Below, piece by piece: positions 31,528-54,104 of a stretch of 64,000 bases of DNA. The DNA comes from an uncultured Clostridia bacterium (GTDB lineage: Bacteria; Bacillota; Clostridia; TANB77; CAG-508). The DNA is taken from positions 66,794 to 130,793 of the forward strand of contig CALXLF010000012.1 in the NCBI GenBank assembly GCA_944389125.1. Direction: 5' to 3'. A model generated the notes under the pieces. That model did not search any database. It saw nothing but the letters and a program-made list of their open reading frames with translations, and was not told the DNA's origin. Positions within the stretch are counted from its first letter, which is position 1; each line of letters starts with the position of its first letter. The position numbers and the translations under genes are program-made.

Positions 31528-34500
31528 TTATCTATAGAACCTCTTTCTTGGTCCGAATTTTATAAAGACTATTATACTTACAGCAATTAATGCTAAAGCT
31601 GATGTCATTATTGCAATAGTTTTTACTATTGTTTGATTTCTTACCTCATTTTGTGTATAACCAGTTGGTGGTGAGAATGTAGTATATTCTGCATAATCTG
31701 TATCTGACTCACCTGCTACAGTAGTAATAGAAACTTCCTTTTCAGGATCTTCTATTTCACCTACTGAAAGAGATGTATTTCCTATATATCCTGTACTATT
31801 TGTTTTACTTGTAGATACATAAGCTTTTCTACCAACTGAATTAGTTATTTTAACAATTTCAGCCAAATTATCTATTGACAATCCTTCAGCATCCTCTTCT
31901 GAAGATAAATATCTTGAACCTGACACATCTATTACATATAAGTCACTATCATCAAATGCATTTACATTCTCTGTTATTGTATTTCCATCTGCATCCTTAC
32001 TTACAAGAGATTCTTGATGTGTTGCCGTATCATCTGTAATTGGTGGTAAGAATTTGTACATATTAGGATTAATTTCTTGGCTTTCAACACTAAATGCCAA
32101 ATTATTTTTCTCACCTGTTATATAACTTTGTTTACCATCTGAAATTACACTATCTTCAGTTATTCCAGCTAATAATTCTCTCTCAGCAATTTCAGACATT
32201 GTATAATTAACAAATTTTCCAACACCTTCATTATTTGTATTATCTTCATATCTGAAAACTAAGTCATTGTCTATATAATCTATAATCTGGTCAACTCTTG
32301 TTTCAACTATTTTATCATTTGAGTCATCTACTATATTATTTCTTGAGAAATCATTTGCATAATATGTTTTTCCTAAGAAATCTCCTACATCATAATTCTC
32401 ATCTGTTACATATTGTGAATACTCACTTTCTGCCATCTCATCAATAGCATTAACTAATTCATTATAATTATAGTTTGTAAGTAAAATATCACTTACTCCA
32501 GAATCATCTATTTCTCCATATCTATATACTTCATCATTATTAGATATAGTCTGACTCTTCATGTATTCAGCAACATTTCCAACATCATAATTTTTAACCA
32601 TTTCAAGTAAATTATCATAAGATGTATCAATATCACTTATATTAGCAATTGCCAGTTTGTATTTTACCATAATTTCCAAGCCCTGTAATAAATCAGTATC
32701 AACATTTACATATCTAAATCCTTGACTACTTGAGCTTCTATTTAAAATCTGTACATTTTCATTTCCTATAGATCTTGCTTCATCTAATACAGATTTATGT
32801 GCTATAGTGTCTCCATCTTTGTAATAAACTATATCGAAATATAAATGAACAAGTTCATTTCCATCTGATGTTGTTGCAACCATTTCTACCATATCATTCA
32901 TAAGTTGAAGTTTTGTTTTAGGTCTTTCAATTAATCCAAAATTTACTTCTTTAACTTTATAATTTCTAAATGTTAATCCATTAAATATTAAATCAATAAA
33001 ATCTGTATAATAATCATTATATTCTATTTGTATATTGAATTTTTTAGTATCAGCATACATACTTGTATTTTCAGCTAAAGCATTCATATCTCCAACTTGA
33101 GTAACTGTTCCATCATCTGCTGCTACACTATTTGATTTTAAAACACTATCTAAAGTATATGTCATTGTAGTTGAATAAGATATTACTTCTAATCTTCTTA
33201 ATTCATTATCTTTTGCTACTGATACCTCACCTAATTCATCTTTTGTTGCCTTAAAATCTGCTGCCTCAACTGTTTCTGTTTCATTTCCTGATTCTCCAAC
33301 ATATGTATATGATGTTGATTTATAATCTTGTCCTGAATATCTTATTGTATTTCCATCAGTTGTAGATAAATTATCTGGATTATTACCATAAATAAATCTT
33401 ATAACATATGTACCTGCATGTAATCTTTCTGAACTTTGTAAAGTATAATTTCCATCTTCATCTGTAGTTGTCCAAATTCCAGTATCTATATAATATTCAC
33501 TATCTCCATCACTTATAACTTCTAATAATTTTACTATAATTCCTTTAGCACCATTCTCATTTGAATTTTTTATACCATCTCCAAATTCTTCTCCTAAAGA
33601 ACTTTCTTCAGTATCTAAATCTTCCCAAACATTACCTGAAATTTGTCTGTAACTGTATGGAGTAGGTTCATTTGGATCATCTGGATCTTCTGGTTCTCCT
33701 GGGTCTGGAGTTGTTCCAGGATCTGGGTCTGGATCTGGGTCAGGGTCTGGTTCTGGGTCAGGGTCTGGAGTAGTCTCTGTTGAATCATCTCTTAATAAAA
33801 TTTGTATTGTAGTATAGAATGTATCATCTTCATAAATTGAATCATCAGTTATATCATAATCTGGTTCTCTTAAGTTTCCTGGGTTAGAATCTTTATCTAC
33901 AACACCGGCTGGCTCTAAAGAACCATTATTATTAACATATACTGAAAATGCTCCAATTTGTGCTATATTAGCTTTTCCGATATCATCTTCACTATCAACT
34001 ATAATTGCATCATCTACTTTATTTATAGAATATTCTAGATAAATTTCTAATGATTGATTTTGAGCTAATTGTTTATTAGTCAAATTTGAACCAGTTATAA
34101 ATACTGTATTATATCCAGAATAATTATAATCTGCTGTATTATTATAAGTAGATTGTGAAGAATAATCATAACTATTTCCATCTACATCATAAATTCTATT
34201 TAAAGTCATTTCACTTGTAGATGTATCAATAATTTCTCTTACAGTTGTATAATAATCTGAAATTGGAGAAACATTTGTAACAGTTATCTTATATGTTAAT
34301 GTAATTTTTAAATCATTATCTTCTTGTCCTTTAATATTTGCAATTACATCACCATATAAATTTGTTCTATAATTATAATCTTCCTCATATACTAGTAATT
34401 TATAAGGTGTTGATAATTTATAATCTCCTGTATATTTTCCTTCTCCTAAAGATTCATATGTATAAGTTGTTTTAAATCCATTTACTTCAACAACTGCATC

Positions 34501-37095
34501 CACAACATCTTTTTTAAGCTCTAAGTCAGCTTGATCTCTAGTTATTAATCCTAAATTCATATATCTTAAATATGACTCATCTTTTATAATTGAATCAAAT
34601 GATTTTCCATTTGAGTTATATTTAAACAAATCTGGACTTCTAGATAAAATATGTGTATTTTCAGTATCTACTAATTGACTAACATGCCCATTTTTATTAT
34701 AGCTTAAATCTGTGCTATTTCCATTTGCATTTTCTGAATCTAACGCTTTATTATAGGAAATAGTTTCAAATTTACTGTTAAATTCTTCTCTATTTGTTGC
34801 AGATTCTAAATCTTCACTTGCATGTGATTTATTTATCCAATTATTTATTGGTCCAGAATCTGTAACATCTGTTAAATCTGTATATATTGTTGACTCATAA
34901 TAAACACCTGTATATTCATAAGTCAAGTAATAATCTACATATCCACTATTATCTTTATATTTTCTTGATCCACCTTCAAAATCTGAATTACCTTTTTTAA
35001 CTTTACCAAAAGAGTAATATCCATTCTGATCTGTTGTTACATAATATAATCCTAAAGAATCATCATATGTAATTCCATAGCTATTTTCTTCTAGTAAAAA
35101 TGCTGTTCTTGAAGAATGTAAATAAACTTTTACTCCTTCAACTCCTTTTTCTGAGCTGTCTTTAATTCCATCTTTATTAACATCATTCCATACATATCCA
35201 GCAATTTCAACATCATCTAATTGTACATAATCTTTATTCATAGTTTGATCAAAAGAGCCTGTATTAATATTTTCTTTAGAAAAAGTTATATAACTAAAAT
35301 CTACATTTTTTAGACCATCTATACTCTCTATATCATAATTAAATATTTCTGTTATTTTTCTATAAAAAGTACCTCTATCCAGAACTACTTTATTTTCAAT
35401 TGGCTGTAGATACATATTAGATTTTGTTACAACAGCTTTAAACTCGTAGGTTTTCGTCTGTCCAGCATTTACCTGGTTAAACGTTATTTCAAAACTCTTT
35501 CTTCCATCTTCTAATTGTAATCCATCTTCCATCGTATCAAGAAATACAGCAGATATTACATCAACATATGATTCTGAAGTATTTGCTACTGATACTCTAT
35601 ATGTTACAACATCTCCTTTTTTAACTGTGATTGGATTTGCTTTAGCAGTATCATTTGTATAACTACTTCTATCTTCAACCGCTTGTCCATTTACAGCAAC
35701 TATAGCTTTACTATAAGTTCCCTTAGCATCACTGTTAACATATTTAGATTCTCCTTTTAATGAGAAGAAATCAGAAGAAGATGCAGTTCCTAAAGTTGCT
35801 CTGTTTTCAATAGGGGTCGTCGTATTATCTCTTGAAATTACATATAATGTAACCGTAAAAGTATAAACCTTATTTGCTTCAAATCTTTGCGTTATACTTA
35901 AGGTATTACTATGTCCTGTTAAATCACTTTCATCGAGAGTCCAGTTTGACGATTGTTCCGGAACATATTTGCATAAATAATAATCGAATTGGTCTACAAC
36001 TGTATATGTTCCAGTCTTATTAATTGATGCTTTAATTGTATATGTTACATAAGTATATGGTGTTAAATTTACAGAATAATTTGTTTTTTGAACTTCTGTC
36101 ATTTCTTCTCTTGTATAAGTAGTTCCATTTGATCTTTTATATTTTACATTTACTGCATTTTGATATTCAAGTGTATCAACAATTACATTTCCATTATAAT
36201 CCTCACCATATTCATATTTTGATGGTACTTGAACTTTTGAAATCCATTTATTAATTGTAGGAGTTTCTATAATATTTTCAATTCCAGTAAGAACTGCTCT
36301 TGTTTCATTACTACCACCTTGAAAAACTATAATTCTAGCTGAATATGTTGTATCAGTTGTACTTAATTTTGATACATAATTTTTAGCTTCAATATATCCT
36401 GGATAATTTTCACTCCAATATCCTTCTTCTGCAGTTGGAAAAGTTACAGAATCATTAGTTGTAGTTTGAAGATGATCTACAAGATCCATCCAAACTGTTC
36501 TAAATGCATTTGACCATTTTGTATTTGCTGACACGCCAATTGTTTCATTAGTTACATTTCCATTTTTATCATATTCATGAGACATCTCTGCATGTGCTGA
36601 TACATATGCAAGCATTGCATAATATGTACCATATCCATCACCTGTTAAATCATATGCAGTTATTTGTAGTGATGGATCTTTTTCAGCTCTATTATATATA
36701 TACATACGAGCAGCTTTAGGATCATCACCTTCTGGATTTATATCTATAATCAAAAACGGTGCTTGATTTACATATTTATCTGTTTTATTTTGGTTATGCA
36801 AACAACAAACTGAAGCACAGTCATTCCAAGTTCCTTGGCTTCCTGTTGGGTCTGAAGACCTAATATTAAATACTTCCCTAATTGTTAAACTAGAAAATTT
36901 TTCATATCCATAATGAGCTAAATCCCTCATCCAAATGAATTCTGTTCCTTCTTCATCTTCATAATGTTCTTCATCATCTGAAGCACGTTCATCTATAGCA
37001 AATATAATATTGAAACTTGCACATATTAATATCAAGGCAGTTACAAAAATTGAAGCTATAATTTTTAAAACATTTTTTAATTTATCTTTTTTCAT
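31528..37095 (-). CDS. Very large surface protein (about 1855 aa) with SdrD-B/CnaB-like folds, a (D/E-P)n linker and a C-terminal SPPTG-like motif plus TM anchor
   Basis: N-terminal signal/anchor. SD-repeat B-like segments are IAGYVWNDVNKDGIKDSSEKGVEGVKV...TTDQNGYYSFGKV and ISGNVWEDLD...TTDEDGNYTL. Linker is PDPDPEPDPDPDPDPDPG. The C-terminus is FSPPTGY..., a hydrophobic helix and the tail GPRKRFYR. The ATG at 37095, with GGGGGTGG upstream, is preferred to the track GTG at 37104. Confidence 0.8.
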   Translation of the reverse strand: MKKDKLKNVLKIIASIFVTALILICASFNIIFAIDERASDDEEHYEDEEGTEFIWMRDLAHYGYEKFSSLTIREVFNIRSSDPTGSQGTWNDCASVCCLHNQNKTDKYVNQAPFLIIDINPEGDDPKAARMYIYNRAEKDPSLQITAYDLTGDGYGTYYAMLAYVSAHAEMSHEYDKNGNVTNETIGVSANTKWSNAFRTVWMDLVDHLQTTTNDSVTFPTAEEGYWSENYPGYIEAKNYVSKLSTTDTTYSARIIVFQGGSNETRAVLTGIENIIETPTINKWISKVQVPSKYEYGEDYNGNVIVDTLEYQNAVNVKYKRSNGTTYTREEMTEVQKTNYSVNLTPYTYVTYTIKASINKTGTYTVVDQFDYYLCKYVPEQSSNWTLDESDLTGHSNTLSITQRFEANKVYTFTVTLYVISRDNTTTPIENRATLGTASSSDFFSLKGESKYVNSDAKGTYSKAIVAVNGQAVEDRSSYTNDTAKANPITVKKGDVVTYRVSVANTSESYVDVISAVFLDTMEDGLQLEDGRKSFEITFNQVNAGQTKTYEFKAVVTKSNMYLQPIENKVVLDRGTFYRKITEIFNYDIESIDGLKNVDFSYITFSKENINTGSFDQTMNKDYVQLDDVEIAGYVWNDVNKDGIKDSSEKGVEGVKVYLHSSRTAFLLEENSYGITYDDSLGLYYVTTDQNGYYSFGKVKKGNSDFEGGSRKYKDNSGYVDYYLTYEYTGVYYESTIYTDLTDVTDSGPINNWINKSHASEDLESATNREEFNSKFETISYNKALDSENANGNSTDLSYNKNGHVSQLVDTENTHILSRSPDLFKYNSNGKSFDSIIKDESYLRYMNLGLITRDQADLELKKDVVDAVVEVNGFKTTYTYESLGEGKYTGDYKLSTPYKLLVYEEDYNYRTNLYGDVIANIKGQEDNDLKITLTYKITVTNVSPISDYYTTVREIIDTSTSEMTLNRIYDVDGNSYDYSSQSTYNNTADYNYSGYNTVFITGSNLTNKQLAQNQSLEIYLEYSINKVDDAIIVDSEDDIGKANIAQIGAFSVYVNNNGSLEPAGVVDKDSNPGNLREPDYDITDDSIYEDDTFYTTIQILLRDDSTETTPDPDPEPDPDPDPDPDPGTTPDPGEPEDPDDPNEPTPYSYRQISGNVWEDLDTEESSLGEEFGDGIKNSNENGAKGIIVKLLEVISDGDSEYYIDTGIWTTTDEDGNYTLQSSERLHAGTYVIRFIYGNNPDNLSTTDGNTIRYSGQDYKSTSYTYVGESGNETETVEAADFKATKDELGEVSVAKDNELRRLEVISYSTTMTYTLDSVLKSNSVAADDGTVTQVGDMNALAENTSMYADTKKFNIQIEYNDYYTDFIDLIFNGLTFRNYKVKEVNFGLIERPKTKLQLMNDMVEMVATTSDGNELVHLYFDIVYYKDGDTIAHKSVLDEARSIGNENVQILNRSSSSQGFRYVNVDTDLLQGLEIMVKYKLAIANISDIDTSYDNLLEMVKNYDVGNVAEYMKSQTISNNDEVYRYGEIDDSGVSDILLTNYNYNELVNAIDEMAESEYSQYVTDENYDVGDFLGKTYYANDFSRNNIVDDSNDKIVETRVDQIIDYIDNDLVFRYEDNTNNEGVGKFVNYTMSEIAERELLAGITEDSVISDGKQSYITGEKNNLAFSVESQEINPNMYKFLPPITDDTATHQESLVSKDADGNTITENVNAFDDSDLYVIDVSGSRYLSSEEDAEGLSIDNLAEIVKITNSVGRKAYVSTSKTNSTGYIGNTSLSVGEIEDPEKEVSITTVAGESDTDYAEYTTFSPPTGYTQNEVRNQTIVKTIAIMTSALALIAVSIIVFIKFGPRKRFYR
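33700..33772 (-). repeat. Imperfect hexanucleotide-type coding repeat encoding the (Asp/Glu-Pro)n linker
   Basis: The plus strand reads ...GGATCTGGGTCTGGATCTGGGTCAGGGTCTGGTTCTGGGTCAGGGTCTGG..., which translates on the minus strand to PDPDPEPDPDPDPDPDP. Confidence 0.8.
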
Positions 37096-37107
37096 TGTAA
37101 CCACCCC

Positions 37108-40100
37108 CTATCTATAAAACCTTTTAATTGTAATTTTATATTTTCTGATAAACATTATAAAGCCAATAACTAAAAGGAGGGTTATCAATATCATAATATT
37201 TTCTATTAAAGCACCTGTAGAAATTGTTACAACTAAAGTAACATCATCTTGATCATCCTCTTCTGGATTATTATTTGCTGGATTTGAATCTATATCTTCA
37301 TATCCATATGAATTCGTTGCTTCAGCAATCTCAGCTGAGTTAACAATATTCATTGCCTCACCAGATTCTAGACTCTTAGTTACAACAAGTTGTATTGTTT
37401 GACTAGAACCGGCACTTATCTCTGTTCCAACAAGTCCATTATAAGATAATACTCCATCCTCTGAATAATACCATCCTGGGTTATTATTCAAATCTACGCT
37501 TAAATCACTTGGTAAATTATCTGTTATTCTATTAATATAACCTGTAACATCTCCTTCATTTGTTATTACAATATTATAAGTAATCTCTAATGTTGTAGAT
37601 TTATAATATTTTGATCTTATTTCAAGTTTTTCTGAATCACTTGAATCATATTTATATGTTGTTTCTCCAGAATCATTTCTTACAACAACTTGTGATATGT
37701 ATTTCTCTAATGATAAATCAAAATCATTTAATGAAACTAATCCCATATCTATATTGGTTAAATTCATTCCTGTTAAATCAAGCGTATCTGTTGCAGCATA
37801 AATTTCAGATGATCCATCTATATTAAATGTTTTTGAAATTACATCTGAATTTTGATTAGATAAAGCAGTTGATACTTGATATGAACTTACTGCATATAAA
37901 TTATTATCATATTTAAAGCATACCATATAGTATCCACCATCTAATCCACTGAAAGTATATTCTCCATCACTATTTGTTGTAGTTGTTTCAACCTGTTCTG
38001 ATATATTTCCTGCAGAAGTTACAGAATAAAGAATTACTTCTATTCCTTCCATTCCATTTTCATTTTTTCTTATACCATCTTTATTTTTATCTAACCAAAC
38101 CATACCAGAAATTCTGTATAATGTATTTACTGTATTATTTCCATTAGATCCGCTATTGCCATTACCTTCTGAACCGTTTGTTCCTGAATTATTTGCTCCT
38201 CCTTCTGAGCTATTACCACTATTGTTTGAATTATTACCAGAATTTCCACCTGAATTGTTATTATTATTATTATTGTTATTATTATTATTATCATCATCAT
38301 TATTATTACTATTGTTGTTATTATTTTGATCATATTTATTTATTACATTATAAGTAATTACATTTGTATCAAATGAATCAAAATGTACTCCTGTAATATT
38401 AAGTTGATTTTCTATTGTTGTTTGATTTAGTCCAAGCAAATCTTGACGATGAATATATCTTGTTCTAAATGTAATAGTCTCATCTGGATCAAGATTTACA
38501 TAGCAATATAATGTAGTGTCATCTTGTAGTATTTCAACTGAAGTGCCATCACTTAATGTTGCTTGCATATCTTGAAGCTCTAGTCCATCTGGTATATATC
38601 CTGTTATAAGAGAATTTCCTGTACTAACTAACCCTTTATTTGTAAGTGTAAAAGTATAAGTAACTTCTTGTCCATCTGCTAAGCTGTCTCCTTTTACACT
38701 TCCTTCCCATGTATATTCAACAAAAGTTTTATTTTGTTGAATATTTTTATTATATACATTTGAATAATAAGTTTCTCCATCAACTGTTGCATATGCTTTA
38801 AATCCTGTGCTTATCATTGATACATCTAAATCTAGATCTGTAATTAAAGTCCAAAAGTCTATTTTATATTCTTCATCAACATCCATCTGTGGAATATAAA
38901 ATGTTATATATTGTCCACCTTCAGATGTTGAATTTATGGTATATTCCAATCCTTCTGCGCCAGTTGTTGTATATGACTCTCTATATTGTATTTCTGGTGG
39001 TAATTCTATAGTTAAAACTACATTATTTAATTTTTCTCCATAAATATTTTTTAGATATGCATATACTTCCATACCACTTCCAGAATATTCTGGAACATTT
39101 TCAATTGGTTCTGTTGCACTATACCCAACTCTTATTTCAAGTTTTGCTTCTGCAACTTGCAATTTCATAGTTTGTAGATTTGTTTCTACAATATCATCAC
39201 CAGTAATTGTTATATTTCCATAAACTTCTGTTGCACCTTTTAATACAACTGCTTGGAAAGTAAATGTTCTTCTTTCTCCTGGAGCTAAACTATCAATAGT
39301 AAATTCTTCATATGGTTTTTCTCCAGTAACATCTTCTTCATATGCAGCTGCTTGAGTTCCAGCAACATATCCATCTTCTTCTGTTAATTCCCAAATTCTT
39401 TTATAATAAATATTACTATTAGCTGCATTAGCTTTTATATTAATATTTGTAAATGTTTTATTTGAATTATTTGTTAAAACAACTGTATATTTTAAAATTT
39501 GTCTTTCATGAACTACATCAGTACTACTTAAATCATTTCCATAACCTGATATATTTGTACTAACAGTAATTGTATCTCTATTTGTATTATTATTTGAGTT
39601 ATTGTTATTATTATTTGAATTATTATTTTGATTTGATTGATCATTATTATTTGGTTCATCTTCATTATTATTTTGTTCTGGAGTTGTAACTTCTCCTGTC
39701 TCTGGTGTTAATTCTTGATTTTGCTCTGAACCTTCATCTATAACTTCTTCTCTTTCTTCTGAAACCATACCTACTGTTGATTTTTCATTATATTCTTGTC
39801 CATCATAAGAATAATAAATTGTATATGCAGAATAAGCTTTAGCATTATATCCGATATTTTCTGGTACATCTACATTGTATGAAAAATTAATATATTCTGC
39901 TGTATTTACTTCTCCACTATTAATTACAATTTTGTATGATTTATAATTAGATAAGTTTGAAATATCTTGTGTCCAACTCTCATCATCTTTTGTAGGATTT
40001 TGATTTTCAGAATAATAAACTTCAGCATCTAATCCATTTGTTGAAATCTCACTTGTTAAATTAGCATCAAAGTTTGAATTTAAGCTATAACCATCTGAAT

Positions 40101-41626
40101 CAGTATTTCCATCAAAAGGCATTTTTCCTATAATATATACATCTGATAATGTATATTTAAAATTATTTAATATTGTTCCAGTAATTCCAATATCTTGAGA
40201 ATCACCGTCACTATTAATATCTACACTACATGCTTCTCCATCAAATCCTGTAGCTGTATTTGCTGTTTCATTATTTGTAGCTGAAATTGCTGTTATCAAT
40301 TCCTCTTTTCCCATAAATGAAACTGGTATTTCTTCAGCTTCTTTTCCTTCTAAAAGATATGAAATTCTATCTGAATTTTCATTTGTATATGTTAATTTTA
40401 AATTTTGTGTTCCATTTGAAGTTAATCTGTTATTTGTAATTTTTGTATAAATTGCAACTGTAGTTCCTTCTGTTGCAGAACCAGGTGTATATACTGATTG
40501 AGTTCCTACTAAAGTAACTTTCAAAACTACATTTCCTGAATCATTAGTATAAGTCTCCCAAGTATTTAAAGATAATCCATTTTTATACAATAAATTAACT
40601 CCAGTTATCTCAACTTTGTTTACAGCACTTGGAAATTCTATCTCTATAACTGGATTTGAAAATAAATTATATTTTTCTTCATCTGTTTTTAAAGCAATAT
40701 TAATTGCAACATCATTAGGATATTCTGTTGATAAAACTGAATTATCAATTTCCATAGTCATTTTTGATTCAGTTTCTTCAAGGCTAATACTTCCTTCAAC
40801 AGTGCTTGTTGAAATTGTAGTTCCTGAAACAACTGAAATATCAGTAGAAGTATTTATACTTTCAAATAAACTTACTTGTTCACTTGTAAATGCTGCATCT
40901 TCTTTTATTGCTTTATCATTTGAAATATTTAAAGTACCATTATTTATTGGACTTGAAATCTCAACAATAATGTTATTATATTGTCCTGGATACTCAAAAA
41001 CATAATAATCCCCTTGAGTTTTTGAATTTGAATTTAATTCACCTATAAAACTTCCAGTTTGATCATAAAAATTAATTTCTCCATCATTACCTAATACATT
41101 TTCAAATTCTTCAACTAAAACTTTAGAATTTTTATAATAAACTTGTTCATTTAGATCAATACTTACGCCTGTATTAAGTAAAATACTATCATGTTCAATG
41201 AAAAGAATCTTATCCATATTATCTCTTTTAGTAATATCAATAGTTTCAATTGTATTATAATTTGTCTCATATTTTAAGTCAGAAACTGCATTAGCGTATA
41301 AATATCCTTTATAAATACTTGAATTCTTTGAACTTAAAGATAAATTTAGACTATATGAATTTTCTTCACTTGAATCTGCACCTTCTTCTACTGCTTTTTC
41401 TGCTTCACTTTCTGGTGTTGCTTCAGCAAAATTAGTACCTTCTGAATTCTCTAACTGTTCACCTTCATTTTGTGAATCTTCTAAAACATCATTACTCGCA
41501 TTTTCAATTACTTCATTTAGTTCTTCTCCGAGCCGCAAATACAATATTTATTACACTGTAAAAATACGTCTGAAGAATCATAAAAATACAAATAATACAA
41601 AAAACTTTTTTCATCTTTCTTTTCAT
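37108..41626 (-). pseudogene. Large surface protein (about 1505 aa) with DUF11-type repeats, an SdrD-B-like domain and poly-Asn linkers. Its signal peptide is separated from the mature protein by a 1-nt frameshift at CGG 41530..41528.
   Basis: The upstream mini-ORF starts at the ATG at 41626 and reads MKRKMKKVFCIICIFMILQTYFYSVINIVFAA, a typical signal peptide, then CGG. Skipping one base continues G-E-E-L-N-E-V-I-E-N..., which is the track ORF 37108..41544. The span is 4519 nt, i.e. 3n+1. The C-terminus is ...VTISTGAL, a TM helix and the tail ITIKRFYR. Confidence 0.8.
38255..38325 (-). repeat. Trinucleotide (ATT/GTT on plus = AAT/AAC codons) coding repeat giving poly-Asn/Asp low complexity
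   Basis: The plus strand reads ATTGTTATTATTATTATTATTGTTATTATTATTATTATCATCATCATTATTATT..., which encodes NNNNSNNNDDDNNNNNNNNNNN. Confidence 0.8.
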
Positions 41627-41980
41627 CGAATTACTATCCCCTTTTATTTAGTAAATTAAGTCTAATACCCCATAATTATTTATAGAATAAATATAATCTT
41701 ATTTAATTATTTTTAAAAGCAAACAATTGTGCTTTTATTTTTTCTTTTTCAAAATTTGTTTTATTTACGCTTAGGCGTATTCAAGTTATGAAATTTAAAT
41801 TTAATTTATTACATTTATATATCTTTTTTTATGCATATTTGTTAAATTTTTTTACCTTTCTTTTATCTTCCTAAATCCCTAGCTTTTAAAAACTTTACAA
41901 TTTATTTCAAAAAAATATTGTATCTTTTTTTTCTATATGATATTATTTTGTATATAAAAATTATACAAAGGAGAAAATGG

Positions 41981-42616
41981 ATGGAAAAAAAACATATAGA
42001 TAAAAAAGTTGCTGTTAAAGCTTTAATTAATGGATTTATATCTTATGGTATATTATTAATGTTTTTATTTATATCATTAATTGTAGTTGTTTCATGGGCA
42101 TTAAATAAATATAAAGATTCAGTAAGTTATAATATCTTAAAATTTACATTACCTGTATTGGCTGCTTTTTTAGCATTTTTATTAATCAGATTAGTATGCA
42201 GATTAAGTACATTTGATTTATTTAAAAAATGTAAAGTTTATAAAAAAGATGTAAATAAAATATCTTCTTCAATGAATATATTTTTCATTGGATGTGTTAT
42301 AGTTTCTATCATTTTGATTTTAGTTACTTTAAATGTAAGATTTAGTAATCAAAAATTAGATATACAACGCTCAACTGATGAATATTACTCTGAATTTAGC
42401 GAACCATTTGCTGAATATTTAACTTTAGAAATGATATCTGATTTTAGAGTTGATAGATCAATAACAATAATTCAAACAACTATAATTGAACTTGGATTAC
42501 TATTTGGACTATTTTCTCTTATATCAACTCAAAAGAAATATATAGAAAGATATAATTCTGCTGAAAAAGAAGAACCTGAAGAATCAGATAATTCAGAAAC
42601 AAAAGCCGTATCTTAA
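41981..42616 (+). CDS. Membrane protein of unknown function (about 211 aa, 4 TM)
   Basis: The ATG at 41981, with AGGAG about 8 nt upstream, is preferred over the track start at 41918. It has four hydrophobic helices and an acidic C-terminal tail. Confidence 0.55.
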   Translation: MEKKHIDKKVAVKALINGFISYGILLMFLFISLIVVVSWALNKYKDSVSYNILKFTLPVLAAFLAFLLIRLVCRLSTFDLFKKCKVYKKDVNKISSSMNIFFIGCVIVSIILILVTLNVRFSNQKLDIQRSTDEYYSEFSEPFAEYLTLEMISDFRVDRSITIIQTTIIELGLLFGLFSLISTQKKYIERYNSAEKEEPEESDNSETKAVS

Positions 42617-42634
42617 AAAGATATATTATATAAG

Positions 42635-42666
42635 CTCCAGATTAAAATTCTGGAGTTATTTTTTTG
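42635..42666 (+). terminator. Rho-independent terminator
   Basis: CTCCAGA (42635..42641) / TCTGGAG (42649..42655), then TTATTTTTTT. Confidence 0.65.
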
Positions 42667-42693
42667 CCAAGGGGACGTTGCCAAGGGGACGTT
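42666..42693. repeat. Perfect 14-bp tandem duplication in a short GC-rich patch
   Basis: GCCAAGGGGACGTT occurs twice back to back (42666..42679 and 42680..42693). Confidence 0.9.
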
Positions 42694-42762
42694 GTTCCAC
42701 GGCAATTTTTTTGTCAATTTTTCATGCTTTTTAGAAGTGTCCCTAAAAGCTTGAAACTTGAA

Positions 42763-42797
42763 AAGCCTTCTTTGACTTTTATTGTCAAGGAAGGCTT
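42763..42797. terminator. Hairpin just 3' of the giant adhesin gene (possibly bidirectional)
   Basis: 14-bp stem AAGCCTTCTTTGAC (42763..42776) / GTCAAGGAAGGCTT (42784..42797) with one G-U pair. T-run on the plus side. It lies 15 nt from the stop at 42812. Confidence 0.55.
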
Positions 42798-42811
42798 TTT
42801 GTTATTTTGGC

Positions 42812-53751
<10,940 letters not shown>

Positions 53752-54104
53752 ATTTGCAGCCTCCTAAATACCTTTTTTCCTCTCTTATTTTTAATATTTA
53801 TTATATTATATATAACACATTAAAGTTCAAAATTAAACGGTAGTTTCTGCCATTTGAACCTAATTGGCAGATTTTACCTTACGGAAGCTATTTTCTACCT
53901 AAAATTTTACATTTCATTATCTTTTGTGTTAATTTTTATTAAACACCTCCCAAAGTTACTATTTTTCTTCTTACACAAAAAAATAAAAAAATACCGAACT
54001 TTTCGACAAAATTCGATATTTTAAATAAAATTTATATTTTCATTTTATAATTCCAAAAATCATGAAACTCCACAATTCCCTAAAAAAGAGTAACTTATTA
54101 AAAG

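Noticed and set aside
53846-53871. Inverted repeat TCTGCCA-N12-TGGCAGA about 100 nt upstream of the adhesin start, as a possible operator
   Set aside because: The arms are only 7 bp, it is a single copy in the window, and there is no associated regulator gene. It is too weak to call without comparative data.
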